NCBI GenBank assembly: GCA_963668675.2 | Contig: CAXXMB010000001.1 | Coordinates: 1,408,001 to 1,472,000, forward strand | Direction of reading: 5' to 3' | Source: an uncultured Desulfatitalea sp. | GTDB taxonomy: Bacteria; Desulfobacterota; Desulfobacteria; Desulfobacterales; Desulfosarcinaceae | Length of the DNA stretch: 64,000 nt | In this document: positions 38,690 through 49,498 of the stretch, one piece after another | Layout of the letters: each line of letters opens with the position of its first letter | Position numbering within the stretch: position 1 is the stretch's first letter | The notes under the pieces: model-generated | The model's database searches: none | Told to the model about the DNA's origin: nothing | The model's input: the letters and a program-made list of their open reading frames with translations, nothing else | Position numbers and translations under genes: made by a program

Positions 38690-39886
38690 TCAGGCGCCTT
38701 TCGCATTGTCATCATCTGCGTTGATATCCAGCACTTCTTCTATCCGGTCGAGAACAAACCGCTGCCATCGCGCCTCATCTTTTCCGAAGTCAATTTCAAC
38801 CCCCATCACAATCAGATCGACAGGGATGGAGATCGTTGCAGGTAGTCGAACATAATCCTTATCAGTGGTCACCAACGCACGGCAACCGGCTTCATGGGCG
38901 CTTCGTACCACCGATTCGATATCCTTACGATCGTAGAAATGGTGATCGGGGAAATGCATAGTTCCCGCCACCTGGGCTCCCATCCGTTTGATGGCAGAGA
39001 AGAAAGCATCATTATTGGCCAAAGCGGAGAAGGCAAAGAGGTGCCTTCCGGCAATCGTTGCAGTGGAAGTGGTTGTGTTGTGATGTGACGAATCGATAGC
39101 ATGAATCGCTTTCTTGCACAAAGCCGGCAGGACAAAACGCTGAACGGTTTTATGGGTACTGTGAAAAACAGGTTTACGCGAGATGATGCGGGATAACTCA
39201 GGATTTGGACTGCTTCCGGTATGCCGGCTGCGTGTGAAGATGACAGCATCGGCACGCGCCAGAGCCGATATGGGTTCTCTCAACGGGCCACGGGGAAGTA
39301 AATGGCCGTTGCCGATCGGATCTTCCGCATCCATCAAGACCAGATTCAAATCCCTTCCTAAACGTTGGTGCTGGAAGGCGTCATCCAAGAGAATGAGATC
39401 GGGAGAAAAACGCCGGATACCCGCTGTCGCCGTTTCAAGCCTATTTTTTCCCACCATTACCGGTACCTTTCCGAGCAGACAAGCCATCAGGAAGGGTTCG
39501 TCGCCTGCATCGCGGGCACCACGCAACAACCTTTCTCCATCACTGACAATCGCCCCGGCTTTTTCTCCTTGGCTTTTATACCCCCTGCTCACAATCAGCA
39601 CTTTAAATCCAAGCGACGTCAACAATTTTGCCAAATGAACGGTCATAGGGGTTTTGCCTGTTCCGCCGGCCGTCAGATTTCCAATTGAGATCACCGGCCG
39701 ATCCACACATCCGACAGACAACCCTCCTCTGGCATAGAGCATATTTCGAGTTCCTATAGCGATGCCGTAGAGAAGTGACCCGCCATAGAGCAAAGTTGCC
39801 AGGGAAACAGCAGGGAAACGCCGATGAGCGGTGACTACCTCGGTGGCCTTCTCCTCCAGTTTTTGTAATTGACGATTCAGATTCAT
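38690..39886 (-). CDS. lpxK: Tetraacyldisaccharide 4'-kinase
   Basis: ISIGNLTAGGTGKTP, SRGY, GDEP, LDDAFQH, LLPRGPLRE, FPDHH, TTDKD. Confidence 0.96.
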   Translation of the reverse strand: MNLNRQLQKLEEKATEVVTAHRRFPAVSLATLLYGGSLLYGIAIGTRNMLYARGGLSVGCVDRPVISIGNLTAGGTGKTPMTVHLAKLLTSLGFKVLIVSRGYKSQGEKAGAIVSDGERLLRGARDAGDEPFLMACLLGKVPVMVGKNRLETATAGIRRFSPDLILLDDAFQHQRLGRDLNLVLMDAEDPIGNGHLLPRGPLREPISALARADAVIFTRSRHTGSSPNPELSRIISRKPVFHSTHKTVQRFVLPALCKKAIHAIDSSHHNTTTSTATIAGRHLFAFSALANNDAFFSAIKRMGAQVAGTMHFPDHHFYDRKDIESVVRSAHEAGCRALVTTDKDYVRLPATISIPVDLIVMGVEIDFGKDEARWQRFVLDRIEEVLDINADDDNAKGA

Positions 39887-39955
39887 TTATAACGCCATCT
39901 CGGCATGGTAAAAAGAATGAAGACAATGAATTTTGATCGGTGTCCTTATAGCATG

Positions 39956-41023
39956 TCAGTCGGCATTGATGAGAAGATACCCGGCTGCACAAACGGAGAT
40001 AAAATTGACTCCCCAGGCGGCGACCACAGGTGGCAGTTTTCCGGCATAACCCAGTGAGAGGCAAAAGCTAAACACGATCCAGTAAAGAAACGCAAGGCCC
40101 AAACCATAGACCACGCTTCCCGCCACAGCCTCCTTGATGGTGCCCCGGGCGGCCAGACCGGCGCCAATCAAGGTCATGATGAGAGAGATGACTGGAAATG
40201 CCACTTTGGCATGCCAATCCACACGGTAGTGGGTGGCGTCATACCCCTCCGACTCGACCTTTCTGATATACTTATAGAGCTGAGCGATATTCATTGCTTC
40301 GGGTTTGGGGGCTGCCTGAACGAGGTCCTCTGGCGCAAAGCCCAACTCGAACTCCATTTGTTCGAATGGTTGGATAGTGAACCGGTCGCTGCGTCTTTGT
40401 AAGAGCCCTTTGGTGAGTGTCCACTTCCCATCATTAAAGAGACCCGTTTTGGCATCGACACGCTCCATCAGTTTGAAATTCGTGTCAAAACGATGAATGG
40501 TAATACCTTTGGCCACCTGAGTGCCAGGCTCGAAATATTTCACATGCAGGATCGTGTCATCCCCTTTAAGCCAGATATCGCTGCGATGGACCGTGGCCGT
40601 TCGACGCCCCTTGACCTCTTCCAACCATATCCGATCCGCTTGTGAAATGGTGAGGGGCATCACCGCTTCTGCGATGAAAAAGACGAAAAAAGTAGCGGCG
40701 GCACCACATCCTATGATGGGCCCCATAAGCGATAAGAGGTTAACGCCGCTTGCCCGCATGGCCATAAGTTCATTGTTTTTCGCCATCAGACCAAATGTGA
40801 TGATGACGGCCAATAGGATGCCCACCGGCGTAATCTGGACCAATATCAGCGGAAGCTTGTAGATGAAGAACTGAAATGCACGATACAACGGAAGACCGGC
40901 CTCTATGAAATTATCGATCTTCTCGATGAAATCGACCGTCAAGTAGATGCCCGTAACGACCATCAATATGATGCCAAACGATTTGCCGATCTCTTTTGTA
41001 ATATAGCGTCCGAATATTGTCAT
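39956..41023 (-). CDS. lptG: LPS export ABC transporter permease
   Basis: LptF/G architecture, NELMAMRASG, downstream of lptF. Confidence 0.88.
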   Translation of the reverse strand: MTIFGRYITKEIGKSFGIILMVVTGIYLTVDFIEKIDNFIEAGLPLYRAFQFFIYKLPLILVQITPVGILLAVIITFGLMAKNNELMAMRASGVNLLSLMGPIIGCGAAATFFVFFIAEAVMPLTISQADRIWLEEVKGRRTATVHRSDIWLKGDDTILHVKYFEPGTQVAKGITIHRFDTNFKLMERVDAKTGLFNDGKWTLTKGLLQRRSDRFTIQPFEQMEFELGFAPEDLVQAAPKPEAMNIAQLYKYIRKVESEGYDATHYRVDWHAKVAFPVISLIMTLIGAGLAARGTIKEAVAGSVVYGLGLAFLYWIVFSFCLSLGYAGKLPPVVAAWGVNFISVCAAGYLLINAD

Positions 41024-41075
41024 AACGTTTCGATATGGGTAGAACTGCCCCTGATAGGAGGTTCAATTGGAGACG

Positions 41076-42245
41076 TCACGGTTGAGGCCGTGAGAAACGC
41101 TGTCGCAACTCTTTGATAAATTTTGGCATATCTATTTGCAACAATGGCTTTTCATTATTCGCCCTCACAAGCAACATCAAACCAATGGCCAAAATAACGA
41201 TGTTGGGAGTCCACATCCCCACGGCCGGAGGGTAGATCCCGGATTCACCCAACACCCAACCAATGGACAACATGACATAATAGAGAAGGAAAAAGAAGAG
41301 CCCAAGCCCAATTCCATATGCCCTCTTTGAAGTACGCGCCCTTATCCCTAAGGGCATGGCCAGCACGGCCATGGCCAGACACGCACCCGGCAGGGAGAAC
41401 TTCCGATGCCACTCCTTAAGGGCCTTGTAGTAGTCACCGTCCTTTTTCTTGGAGGATCGGATCGTTTGCCGCAATTTGGACAAACTCATCTCCCGCACAT
41501 GCTCTTTGGCCTTATCGGAGGATTGCAAACTGCCGCTGGCATCCAACCTCAAATCATAGGTTTCAAATTGAATCTCGTTGGCCTGGTTTTGAGCCAGATC
41601 GACCTGATGAATCGCCCCATTGAAAAGCCTGAGGTTGGCCACCGCCTGTTCCGGATCGTATGTCAGCTGCCCTCTCGGAGCAAGGACCGTGCTTTTCAAC
41701 TTTTCGGACCGCCTGTCCTCAATAAAAACATCCGAAAGCTCCTTGGTATGCTTATCGATATCATTGATATAAATGACGACGCCTTTATACATGTCGATAA
41801 ATTGTCTGGGTTTAAGCCCCACTTCCACATGCGACGAGGCCACATCGTATAGAAGCCGCTTGGATGCTTTACGCCCGGCTGGCAGTGCGAAGATGCCCAT
41901 ATAGGCGGTGAGCAGTGCGCCGATCAACCCGAAAATCAATACCGGAGGGAGCAGACGATTAAGATGAACTCCGCTGGCTTTCAGGGCCACAATCTCCATA
42001 TCTCCGGACATTCTCAAGAAGGAGATCAAAACTGCGATCATGACCGACATTGGAATGGTGAATTGTAGAAAATAGGGTGTGGTGTAAAGCAGCAATAGAC
42101 CGACGGTCGACATACCGATCTGAAAATTGACAACATAGTTGGCAATATCGGGAAGCTGCATCATTAAAAAAACAAAAGAAAAGAAGGTTAGACTGATGCC
42201 AAACGGCGGCAAAAACTCTTTGAAAATATAGCGTTGAATAATCAT
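41076..42245 (-). CDS. lptF: LPS export ABC transporter permease
   Basis: MIIQRYIFKE, RMSGDMEIVALKASG, EWHRKFSLP. Confidence 0.88.
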   Translation of the reverse strand: MIIQRYIFKEFLPPFGISLTFFSFVFLMMQLPDIANYVVNFQIGMSTVGLLLLYTTPYFLQFTIPMSVMIAVLISFLRMSGDMEIVALKASGVHLNRLLPPVLIFGLIGALLTAYMGIFALPAGRKASKRLLYDVASSHVEVGLKPRQFIDMYKGVVIYINDIDKHTKELSDVFIEDRRSEKLKSTVLAPRGQLTYDPEQAVANLRLFNGAIHQVDLAQNQANEIQFETYDLRLDASGSLQSSDKAKEHVREMSLSKLRQTIRSSKKKDGDYYKALKEWHRKFSLPGACLAMAVLAMPLGIRARTSKRAYGIGLGLFFFLLYYVMLSIGWVLGESGIYPPAVGMWTPNIVILAIGLMLLVRANNEKPLLQIDMPKFIKELRQRFSRPQP

Positions 42246-42493
42246 AGGCACTCTATCTGATTGCAGTATTGGCCGAGCCATCCTATGAACAGGAGAGCAT
42301 TATGTCAATTTTCAAATTGGCACCCTGTTCGACATGGCTTATAGAGAAAAGTTGGCCTTGACACAACCCATCAAATAGGTTAGCAATTTCTGTTTAATCG
42401 ATAAGTGAGATGGAGATAGAATCTCGAAATAACGGGTGCGATGTTTTCATACAAACATCGAATAGCCCGTTTTCTACATATAGAGGCGCTGAT

Positions 42494-43978
42494 ATGGGAA
42501 ATTCTGAAACAGCAACCGTTATCGAGCAGCGAAAAAGCAAACTGGAAACGTTACGCAAAGAAGGTATCAATCCCTTTCCAAGCGGTTTTCGAGTCGAACA
42601 TACTGTCAGTCAGGTACAAGAGGCCGTGGCGGCCAATGATGCTGAAGCTTTGGGTGAGATGCAGTTCACCGTTGCCGGTCGCATGATCGCCATCAACAGA
42701 TTCGGAAAGTCGGCGTTTGTTCGTTTCCGGGACCGAAGTGGTCAGATGCAGGCCTATATCCGCAAGGATAAGGTCGGATCGGATGCCTACGCACTCTTCA
42801 AGCGGTTCGATATTGGTGATTTTGTGGGGTTGACCGGAACCGTTTTTCAAACCAAGACTGGTGAATGGACGCTGTTGGCGTCCCATATTGCGCTGTTGAG
42901 CAAAGCGGTTCGGCCATTGCCGGAGAAATTTCATGGCTTGAAAGACCCTGAAAAGCGGTATCGCCGTCGCTATGTGGACTTGATCATGAATGCCGATGTG
43001 CGCCGCATCTTTGTAACCCGCAGCAAGGCCATCCAGTCCATCCGCCGGTTTTTCCTGGAGCAGGATTTCCTGGAGGTCGAAACCCCGATGATGCAGCCCA
43101 TTGCCGGCGGGGCGGAAGCGGCGCCTTTTGTCACCCACCACAACGCCCTGGACATGGATCTCTACCTGCGTATTGCCCCCGAACTCTATCTGAAAAGACT
43201 TGTGGTCGGCGGCTTTGAACGCGTGTTTGAAATCAACCGCAATTTCCGCAACGAAGGCGTCTCCACACAACACAATCCCGAATTCACCATGCTCGAGTTC
43301 TACCAAGCCTATGCAACCTATCACCATCTTATGGATGTGACCGAATCCCTGTTCGCCCGATTGGCAGAGGAGATATCGGGATCTTCCGCCATTTCGTATC
43401 AAGGAAACACCATCGATTTACAAAGCCCATGGCGCCGCATGACCATGACCGACTCTCTCGAGCAGTTGGGGGGAGTGGACCGTAAACTGCTCGGCGACCG
43501 TCAAGGGCTGATCGATTTTGCCACTGCCAAGGGCGTCCCGTTGACCAAAACCCGATCGGTAGGCAAAATCATCACCAAGCTCTTCGAGGCCCTGGTGGAG
43601 CCCCAGCTGATCCAACCCACATTCATCACCGGATATCCGGTGGAGGTCTCGCCCTTGTCGCGACGGAGTGATACCGAAGAGGGGCTCACCGAGCGCTTCG
43701 AACTGTTTATCGCCGGATTTGAAATCGCCAACGGGTTCTCGGAGCTCAATGACCCCGACGACCAGCGTAGTCGTTTCCTTGAACAGGTTCAAGACCGACA
43801 GGAGGGAAATGAAGAGGCGCATCTCATGGATGAGGATTACATCGAGGCGTTGGAGTATGGCATGCCCCCCACCGCAGGAGAAGGGATCGGGATCGACCGT
43901 TTGACCATGCTCATGACAGATGCCCCATCCATTCGGGAGGTTATCCTTTTTCCCCACATGAAGCCAAGGGGTGTGTAA
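42494..43978 (+). CDS. lysS: Lysine--tRNA ligase (class II)
   Basis: PLPEKFHGL, RYRRRYVDL, YLRIAPELYLKRL, FRNEG, HNPEFT, YGMPPTAG.GIGIDRL. Confidence 0.99.
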   Translation: MGNSETATVIEQRKSKLETLRKEGINPFPSGFRVEHTVSQVQEAVAANDAEALGEMQFTVAGRMIAINRFGKSAFVRFRDRSGQMQAYIRKDKVGSDAYALFKRFDIGDFVGLTGTVFQTKTGEWTLLASHIALLSKAVRPLPEKFHGLKDPEKRYRRRYVDLIMNADVRRIFVTRSKAIQSIRRFFLEQDFLEVETPMMQPIAGGAEAAPFVTHHNALDMDLYLRIAPELYLKRLVVGGFERVFEINRNFRNEGVSTQHNPEFTMLEFYQAYATYHHLMDVTESLFARLAEEISGSSAISYQGNTIDLQSPWRRMTMTDSLEQLGGVDRKLLGDRQGLIDFATAKGVPLTKTRSVGKIITKLFEALVEPQLIQPTFITGYPVEVSPLSRRSDTEEGLTERFELFIAGFEIANGFSELNDPDDQRSRFLEQVQDRQEGNEEAHLMDEDYIEALEYGMPPTAGEGIGIDRLTMLMTDAPSIREVILFPHMKPRGV

Positions 43979-44048
43979 CCCGCGTCGAACGCCCTTTGGG
44001 GCCATTTCACAACTTGCAGGGGATGCTGATATGCCAGTCAAGGGCATA

Positions 44049-45284
44049 ATGCGTTTCGAACTATTCATCAGCCGGCGCTACTTTAAATCCAAACCCAAAG
44101 GTACACTTCTGTCGTTGATCAGCCTTTTGTCCATCGCCGGAGTGACGATAGGTGTGACCGCCCTTATCGTGGTGATCGGTGTGATGGCCGGATTCGAAAC
44201 AGACCTTAAAACCCGGATCATGGGAATTGAGCCTCATCTCGTGATTGACCGCAACGGAGAAGCGATTGCGGGCTATGAGAAAGTGGTCACCCTGGCCGAA
44301 TCGATCCCAGGTGTTCAGGCGGCATGGCCATTGGAGGAACTGCAGGTCATGCTCAAATCGGATGCCCGCGTAGCCATCGCCGTTATCAAAGGGGTCGACC
44401 CGGTCGCTGCCGGCAAAGGCCTTAAGCTGGAGCAATTGAGCGTACTCAATGTTCCACATGGCCCCAGCGAACGATTGCAGAACAGATCTCAGCTGCCTCC
44501 ACTGATCATGGGCCGGGATTTGGCTCGTAATCTTGGCCTGCTTAAGGGCGAGAGTCTGTTCGTCATATCCCCGCGCGGTAGACTGGCACCTGTGGGTTTT
44601 GTTCCTTATATGAAACGGTTTGTCCTATCGGATGTTTTCCGTACCGGGATGTATGAGTATGATGGCAGTTTGGCCTTTATAAGGCTGCACGATGCCCAGG
44701 CGTTGGCACAATCCAGAGGATCGGTGAGTGCCGTCGAAGTGCGCGTAGACAAGGCCCTTCAAAGCTTGACCATTAAAGAGAAGCTGGCCGCCCGGCTTGA
44801 CAGCGGATTTCGCATGCGCGACTGGTCGCAATTGAACAAAAACCTCTTTTCCGCACTGAAACTTGAAAAAGCGGCTATGTTTATCACGCTGACCCTTATC
44901 ACCCTTGTGGCCACTTTCAGCATCACCAGTTCGCTGGTTATGATGGTGATGGAGAAGATAAAAGATATAGCGATATTAAGAACGTTGGGCGCCACGAGCA
45001 CAAGCATCAGAAGAATCTTCGTCTTCCAGGGCATGCTCATCGGTATTATCGGTACGGTGTCGGGCGTCCTCCTTGGTGTCATTTTATGCTATCTGCAGAG
45101 CAGCTACGGCCTGATATCCCTTCCTGGGGATGTTTATTACATCACCGCACTTCCGGTGGATCTAAAGACCTTGGATGTGGTTCTCGTGTCGATTTCGGCC
45201 CTGACAATCAGTTTCCTGGCAACCCTCTACCCCGCACGACAGGCATCGCGGCTTCATCCGGTTGAGGCGATTCGGTATGGATGA
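44049..45284 (+). CDS. lolE: Lipoprotein-releasing ABC transporter permease (single LolC/E-type)
   Basis: [47 protein letters not shown]. Confidence 0.9.
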   Translation: MRFELFISRRYFKSKPKGTLLSLISLLSIAGVTIGVTALIVVIGVMAGFETDLKTRIMGIEPHLVIDRNGEAIAGYEKVVTLAESIPGVQAAWPLEELQVMLKSDARVAIAVIKGVDPVAAGKGLKLEQLSVLNVPHGPSERLQNRSQLPPLIMGRDLARNLGLLKGESLFVISPRGRLAPVGFVPYMKRFVLSDVFRTGMYEYDGSLAFIRLHDAQALAQSRGSVSAVEVRVDKALQSLTIKEKLAARLDSGFRMRDWSQLNKNLFSALKLEKAAMFITLTLITLVATFSITSSLVMMVMEKIKDIAILRTLGATSTSIRRIFVFQGMLIGIIGTVSGVLLGVILCYLQSSYGLISLPGDVYYITALPVDLKTLDVVLVSISALTISFLATLYPARQASRLHPVEAIRYG

Positions 45285-46008
45285 TCGACGAAACAACTCC
45301 CCCTCGACCTGCCCCTCCACCCGGGAGAATTCAGATGTACTTTTGTCGGCCTGTGGCTTGAGCAAAAGTTTTCAGAGCAGCAAAGCAAAGCTTGGGGTGC
45401 TCGACAATCTGGATCTGACGCTATCGAGAAACGAAACCATCGCTATCGTCGGGGCGTCGGGTATCGGCAAATCAACACTGCTGCATATCCTCGGGACTTT
45501 GGATCGTCCCGATAAGGGCAGTCTGTTTTTCCAGGGAGAAGATGTTTTCCAATACAACGAGCAGCGACTTGCAAAATTCCGCAACCAGACCATGGGGTTT
45601 GTTTTTCAGTTCCACCACCTTCTGCCCGAATTTACAGCATTGGAGAACACATTGATGCCGGCGCTGATTCAAGGTGTGGAGAAGCGACGAGCAGAACAGA
45701 TGGCGGACGCCATCCTAACACGTGTCGGCCTCTCCGGTCGTTTGCACCACAAAGCGACAGATCTATCCGGCGGAGAGCAGCAGCGCGTTGCCCTGGCCCG
45801 CGCTCTGGTGCTTAGCCCTTCGATAATATTTGCTGATGAACCGACCGGCAATCTGGACAAAAAGAACAGCGAACAGATCCATGAGCTTTTGCTCGAGTTG
45901 AACCGTGAAATGGGAATGGCACTGGTTGTCGTAACACACAACATGGAATTGGCCGATGTGATGGCCCGCCAGGCCACTATCGTAGACGGACGGCTGGCGT
46001 ATATTTAA
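45277..46008 (+). CDS. lolD: Lipoprotein-releasing ABC transporter ATPase
   Basis: [41 protein letters not shown]. Confidence 0.93.
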   Translation: MDDRRNNSPSTCPSTRENSDVLLSACGLSKSFQSSKAKLGVLDNLDLTLSRNETIAIVGASGIGKSTLLHILGTLDRPDKGSLFFQGEDVFQYNEQRLAKFRNQTMGFVFQFHHLLPEFTALENTLMPALIQGVEKRRAEQMADAILTRVGLSGRLHHKATDLSGGEQQRVALARALVLSPSIIFADEPTGNLDKKNSEQIHELLLELNREMGMALVVVTHNMELADVMARQATIVDGRLAYI

Positions 46009-46048
46009 TACCTCTGCCGTATCAATTGACGGGTTATCAGGCGATCCG

Positions 46049-48733
46049 ATGACCACTTTGAAAAGGTTGATTTTCTTGAACAGAGCACTCTGGTTTGCCT
46101 TATTAGTTGTCGCCCTCTCCTGCCCCCACAACGCCCTGACGGCGGACGACACATCACCAACCGTCCTGGTGATGCCCTTGCGCATTAACGCTGACGCAAA
46201 TGTTGCCTACCTGAGCAGTCAAATCGCAACGGTTCTGGCCGGCCAACTCGAAAAAGAGGGGGCGGCAGCCGTTACACCAGAGGAGGCGAATCGGGACGCA
46301 GCCTTGTCTGCGGTGAAGGAGGGCCAGGAGAAGATCAAGGAGATAGCGCATACCTATGGCGCCGACCAGGTTGTTTGGGGCAGCTTCACCTTGATCGGAA
46401 ACGATTTCAGTTTAGACATGCAATTGATGGAAGTTGCTGCGGATTCAACGCCCAAAAGATTCTTCTCCCAGGGTCGCAATCTGGAAAACCTGATTACCGT
46501 CACCAATGAACTGGCCGGTCAAATCGGCCTGAAGCTGTTTCGGCGCCAACTGGTAAGTGACGTGAGCATTGAAGGACAACAACGCATCGAATCTGATGCC
46601 ATTTTACGCGTCATCAAAACAAAAAGCGGAAGCGTCTTTAAATCATCCGCTTTATCGGCGGATCTGCGCGCTATCTACGCCATGGGCTACTTCGATGATG
46701 TTAAGGTCGAAGCGCATCCGGATGGAAACGGCAAACGCGTCGTTTTTCACGTCAAGGAGAAACCGACCATCAGGCGTGTCCAATTAAAAGGCAACTCCTA
46801 TATCGAGGAGGAAGATATTACGGAGAACCTGACCATCAGTACCGGCGCGATACTGAATATTTACAAGATACGCAGCAATATCGATCAGATTGAATCCCTT
46901 TATAAGGAGAAAAACTATCATAAAGTCCATGTCGACTACGAGATAGAACCGCTAAGCAACAACCAGGCGGACCTGACTTTCATCATCGACGAAGGCCCCA
47001 AGCTCTATGTGACCGACATCGTTTTCGATGGCAACAAGGCGTTCACGGGCAAGGCGTTGAGTAAGGAGATGGACCTTTCCGAGAAAGGCATCTTTTACTG
47101 GCTCACCTCTTCCGGCGATCTTGATCGGGTGACTCTGGATCAGGATATTGCCCGCTTGAAAGCGTTTTACAGCAACAGCGGCTATATCAACGTCCGCATC
47201 GGCGATCCAAAAGTGGATATTCAGGAGAAGGGCATCCGTATCACCATCAAAATCGACGAGGGTGAGCGGTATAAAGTGGGCCGGGTGGATGTGGCCGGCG
47301 ACTTGATTGTCCCCAAAGAGGAGTTGCTGCAGCAGCTCGATATCACCGTGGAGGAGTATCTCAACAGGGATAAAGTGAGAAGCGACACGCTGAAACTTAC
47401 CGATTTTTATTCTGACTACGGTTACGCCTATGCCGATGTTTCCCCGGCCATCGACCAGGACCAGAAGACGTTGGTGGCCAATATCACCTTTAAAATCAAA
47501 AAAGGTGAACAGGTCTATTTTGAAAAGATCCTCATCAATGGCAATACCATCACCAGAGACAAGGTGATCCGTCGGGAATTGCATGTCCACGAACAGGGGC
47601 TATTCAGCGGCAAAGCCCTGAAGCGAAGCATCCGAAACCTCTATCGACTCGACTATTTTGAGGATATCAAGGTCGACACCATACGCGGCAGCGCCGACGA
47701 CAAGATGATTCTCAAACTGGACGTCACCGAAAAACCCACCGGCGCCTTCAGTTTCGGCGCAGGCTACAGCTCCGAAGAGGAGGTGTTTCTCACCGGTTCG
47801 GTCTCCAAACGCAACTTTCTCGGCCACGGGCAGACGCTCAACCTTTCAGGCCAATATGGCAAGCGGACCACCAACTTTGTATTGAGCTTCTCCGAGCCCT
47901 ACATCATGGACACACTTTTGAAGGGCAGCGTCAAGGCATATAATCAAAATAAAGAGTACGACGAATATGATCGCGACAGCAAAGGCGGTGGGATCACATT
48001 CGGCTATACGGTTTTCGACTACACGAATCTCTATTGGGGATACAACCTTGATCAGAGCGATATCAACATTTACGAGGAAGATCGGACGGTGGTATCCGAC
48101 AACATCAAAGAGCTCGAGGGAGACAACCTGACCAGCAGCACTAACCTCAGCCTGGTATACGACTCCCGTGATCGGACTTTCAACACCACGGAAGGGTCCA
48201 AGCATCTGGTCTCATTTGAGTATGCCGGTCTTGGCGGCGACATAGGATTCAACAAGTATGTGGGGCAAACCATGTGGTATTTCCCACTGATCAAACCGGT
48301 AATCGGTTTTGCCAACGCCAAAATCGGATTTGTACACAAAAACAGCGACTCTAAGCTGCTGCCGGATTATGAAAAATTCTACTTAGGAGGCATCAACTCC
48401 CTGCGCGGTTTCGGATACCGGGGCGTCAGCCTGACGGAAATCAACGAGGACGGCGTAGAGGTCGATATCGGGGCTGAAAAAATGGTCCAGTTCAACTTAG
48501 AGATCATCTTCCCCATCGTGGCCGATGCGGGTGTCAACGGTGTGCTCTTCTACGACACCGGCAACGTCTACGATGGCAACATCGACCTGACCGACATGCG
48601 CGAAAGTGCGGGGGTGGGTATTCGATGGAACTCCCCGTTCGCCCCCATACGTCTGGAGTATGGATGGATACTGGATCGGCGGGAAGGAGAGCAGGCCGGA
48701 GACTGGGAATTCACCTTGGGGGGATCTTTTTAG
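46049..48733 (+). CDS. bamA: Outer membrane protein assembly factor with extra N-terminal domain
   Basis: POTRA repeats, GN..TRDKVIRRE, LGGINSLRGF, WNSPFAPIRL, C-terminal F. Confidence 0.96.
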   Translation: MTTLKRLIFLNRALWFALLVVALSCPHNALTADDTSPTVLVMPLRINADANVAYLSSQIATVLAGQLEKEGAAAVTPEEANRDAALSAVKEGQEKIKEIAHTYGADQVVWGSFTLIGNDFSLDMQLMEVAADSTPKRFFSQGRNLENLITVTNELAGQIGLKLFRRQLVSDVSIEGQQRIESDAILRVIKTKSGSVFKSSALSADLRAIYAMGYFDDVKVEAHPDGNGKRVVFHVKEKPTIRRVQLKGNSYIEEEDITENLTISTGAILNIYKIRSNIDQIESLYKEKNYHKVHVDYEIEPLSNNQADLTFIIDEGPKLYVTDIVFDGNKAFTGKALSKEMDLSEKGIFYWLTSSGDLDRVTLDQDIARLKAFYSNSGYINVRIGDPKVDIQEKGIRITIKIDEGERYKVGRVDVAGDLIVPKEELLQQLDITVEEYLNRDKVRSDTLKLTDFYSDYGYAYADVSPAIDQDQKTLVANITFKIKKGEQVYFEKILINGNTITRDKVIRRELHVHEQGLFSGKALKRSIRNLYRLDYFEDIKVDTIRGSADDKMILKLDVTEKPTGAFSFGAGYSSEEEVFLTGSVSKRNFLGHGQTLNLSGQYGKRTTNFVLSFSEPYIMDTLLKGSVKAYNQNKEYDEYDRDSKGGGITFGYTVFDYTNLYWGYNLDQSDINIYEEDRTVVSDNIKELEGDNLTSSTNLSLVYDSRDRTFNTTEGSKHLVSFEYAGLGGDIGFNKYVGQTMWYFPLIKPVIGFANAKIGFVHKNSDSKLLPDYEKFYLGGINSLRGFGYRGVSLTEINEDGVEVDIGAEKMVQFNLEIIFPIVADAGVNGVLFYDTGNVYDGNIDLTDMRESAGVGIRWNSPFAPIRLEYGWILDRREGEQAGDWEFTLGGSF

Positions 48734-48928
48734 GGCATTCTCCATCAGTTGCGGCGATACAAGGAGCGACTGTTTGCCATCGATCCGGATTTGAGCTAAT
48801 GATGGCAGTAACATCTATAGAAACAAATTGCATTTGAGATCCGCATCGGCAAATCGTCTATCAACGTATACCCAATGCCGAATGTGGATTCAAAAAATGA
48901 CCTGAGAAAACTTAGCTGTGGAGGTACC

Positions 48929-49492
48929 ATGCGAATTCGTAAATCCGTGATAGTGACGATGGCCATCTTTGCTTTTCTTTTGACCAATGGTGCGACATCC
49001 GGCTTTTGCGCCGATGTTGCCAAAATCGGAACGATCAATTTTCAAAAAATCTTTGAAAATTCAAATGGCGGCAAGGCGGTCAAAGCGCTGATCAATACGG
49101 AGGGGCAGCGCATGGAGCAGGACCTCCAACAGAAGGGTGAAGAGATAAAGGCGTTGGAGAGCCGCCTTGGAAAAGACGCCGGCATTATGAGCAAAGAGGC
49201 CCGCGAGGAACTCAAATGGGAACTGGATCGCAAGATTGCAGATGTCAAAGCCCTGAAAAAAAAGTATGACAGGAAAATACAGGAGATGCAGGTCCGATTG
49301 GTCAATGATGTGCGCCAGAAGGTCCTTGACCTGATCCAATCCTACGGCAAAAAAGAGGGTTATCTATTGATCGTCGAACATATCAGCGTCGTTTACGCCC
49401 CGGGCAACCTCGATATAACCGATGTCATTATCAAACTCTATAATGAGCAGTATGCCAAACGTGGAAAACAGAATCAGGGTCCCAAAGGGTAG
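48929..49492 (+). CDS. skp: OmpH/Skp periplasmic chaperone
   Basis: Signal peptide, KIGTINFQKI, coiled coil, DITD.II; follows bamA. Confidence 0.9.
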   Translation: MRIRKSVIVTMAIFAFLLTNGATSGFCADVAKIGTINFQKIFENSNGGKAVKALINTEGQRMEQDLQQKGEEIKALESRLGKDAGIMSKEAREELKWELDRKIADVKALKKKYDRKIQEMQVRLVNDVRQKVLDLIQSYGKKEGYLLIVEHISVVYAPGNLDITDVIIKLYNEQYAKRGKQNQGPKG

Positions 49493-49498
49493 CGAACA

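Noticed and set aside
42551..44068. 283-aa and 216-aa antisense ORFs
   Set aside because: Shadows of lysS.
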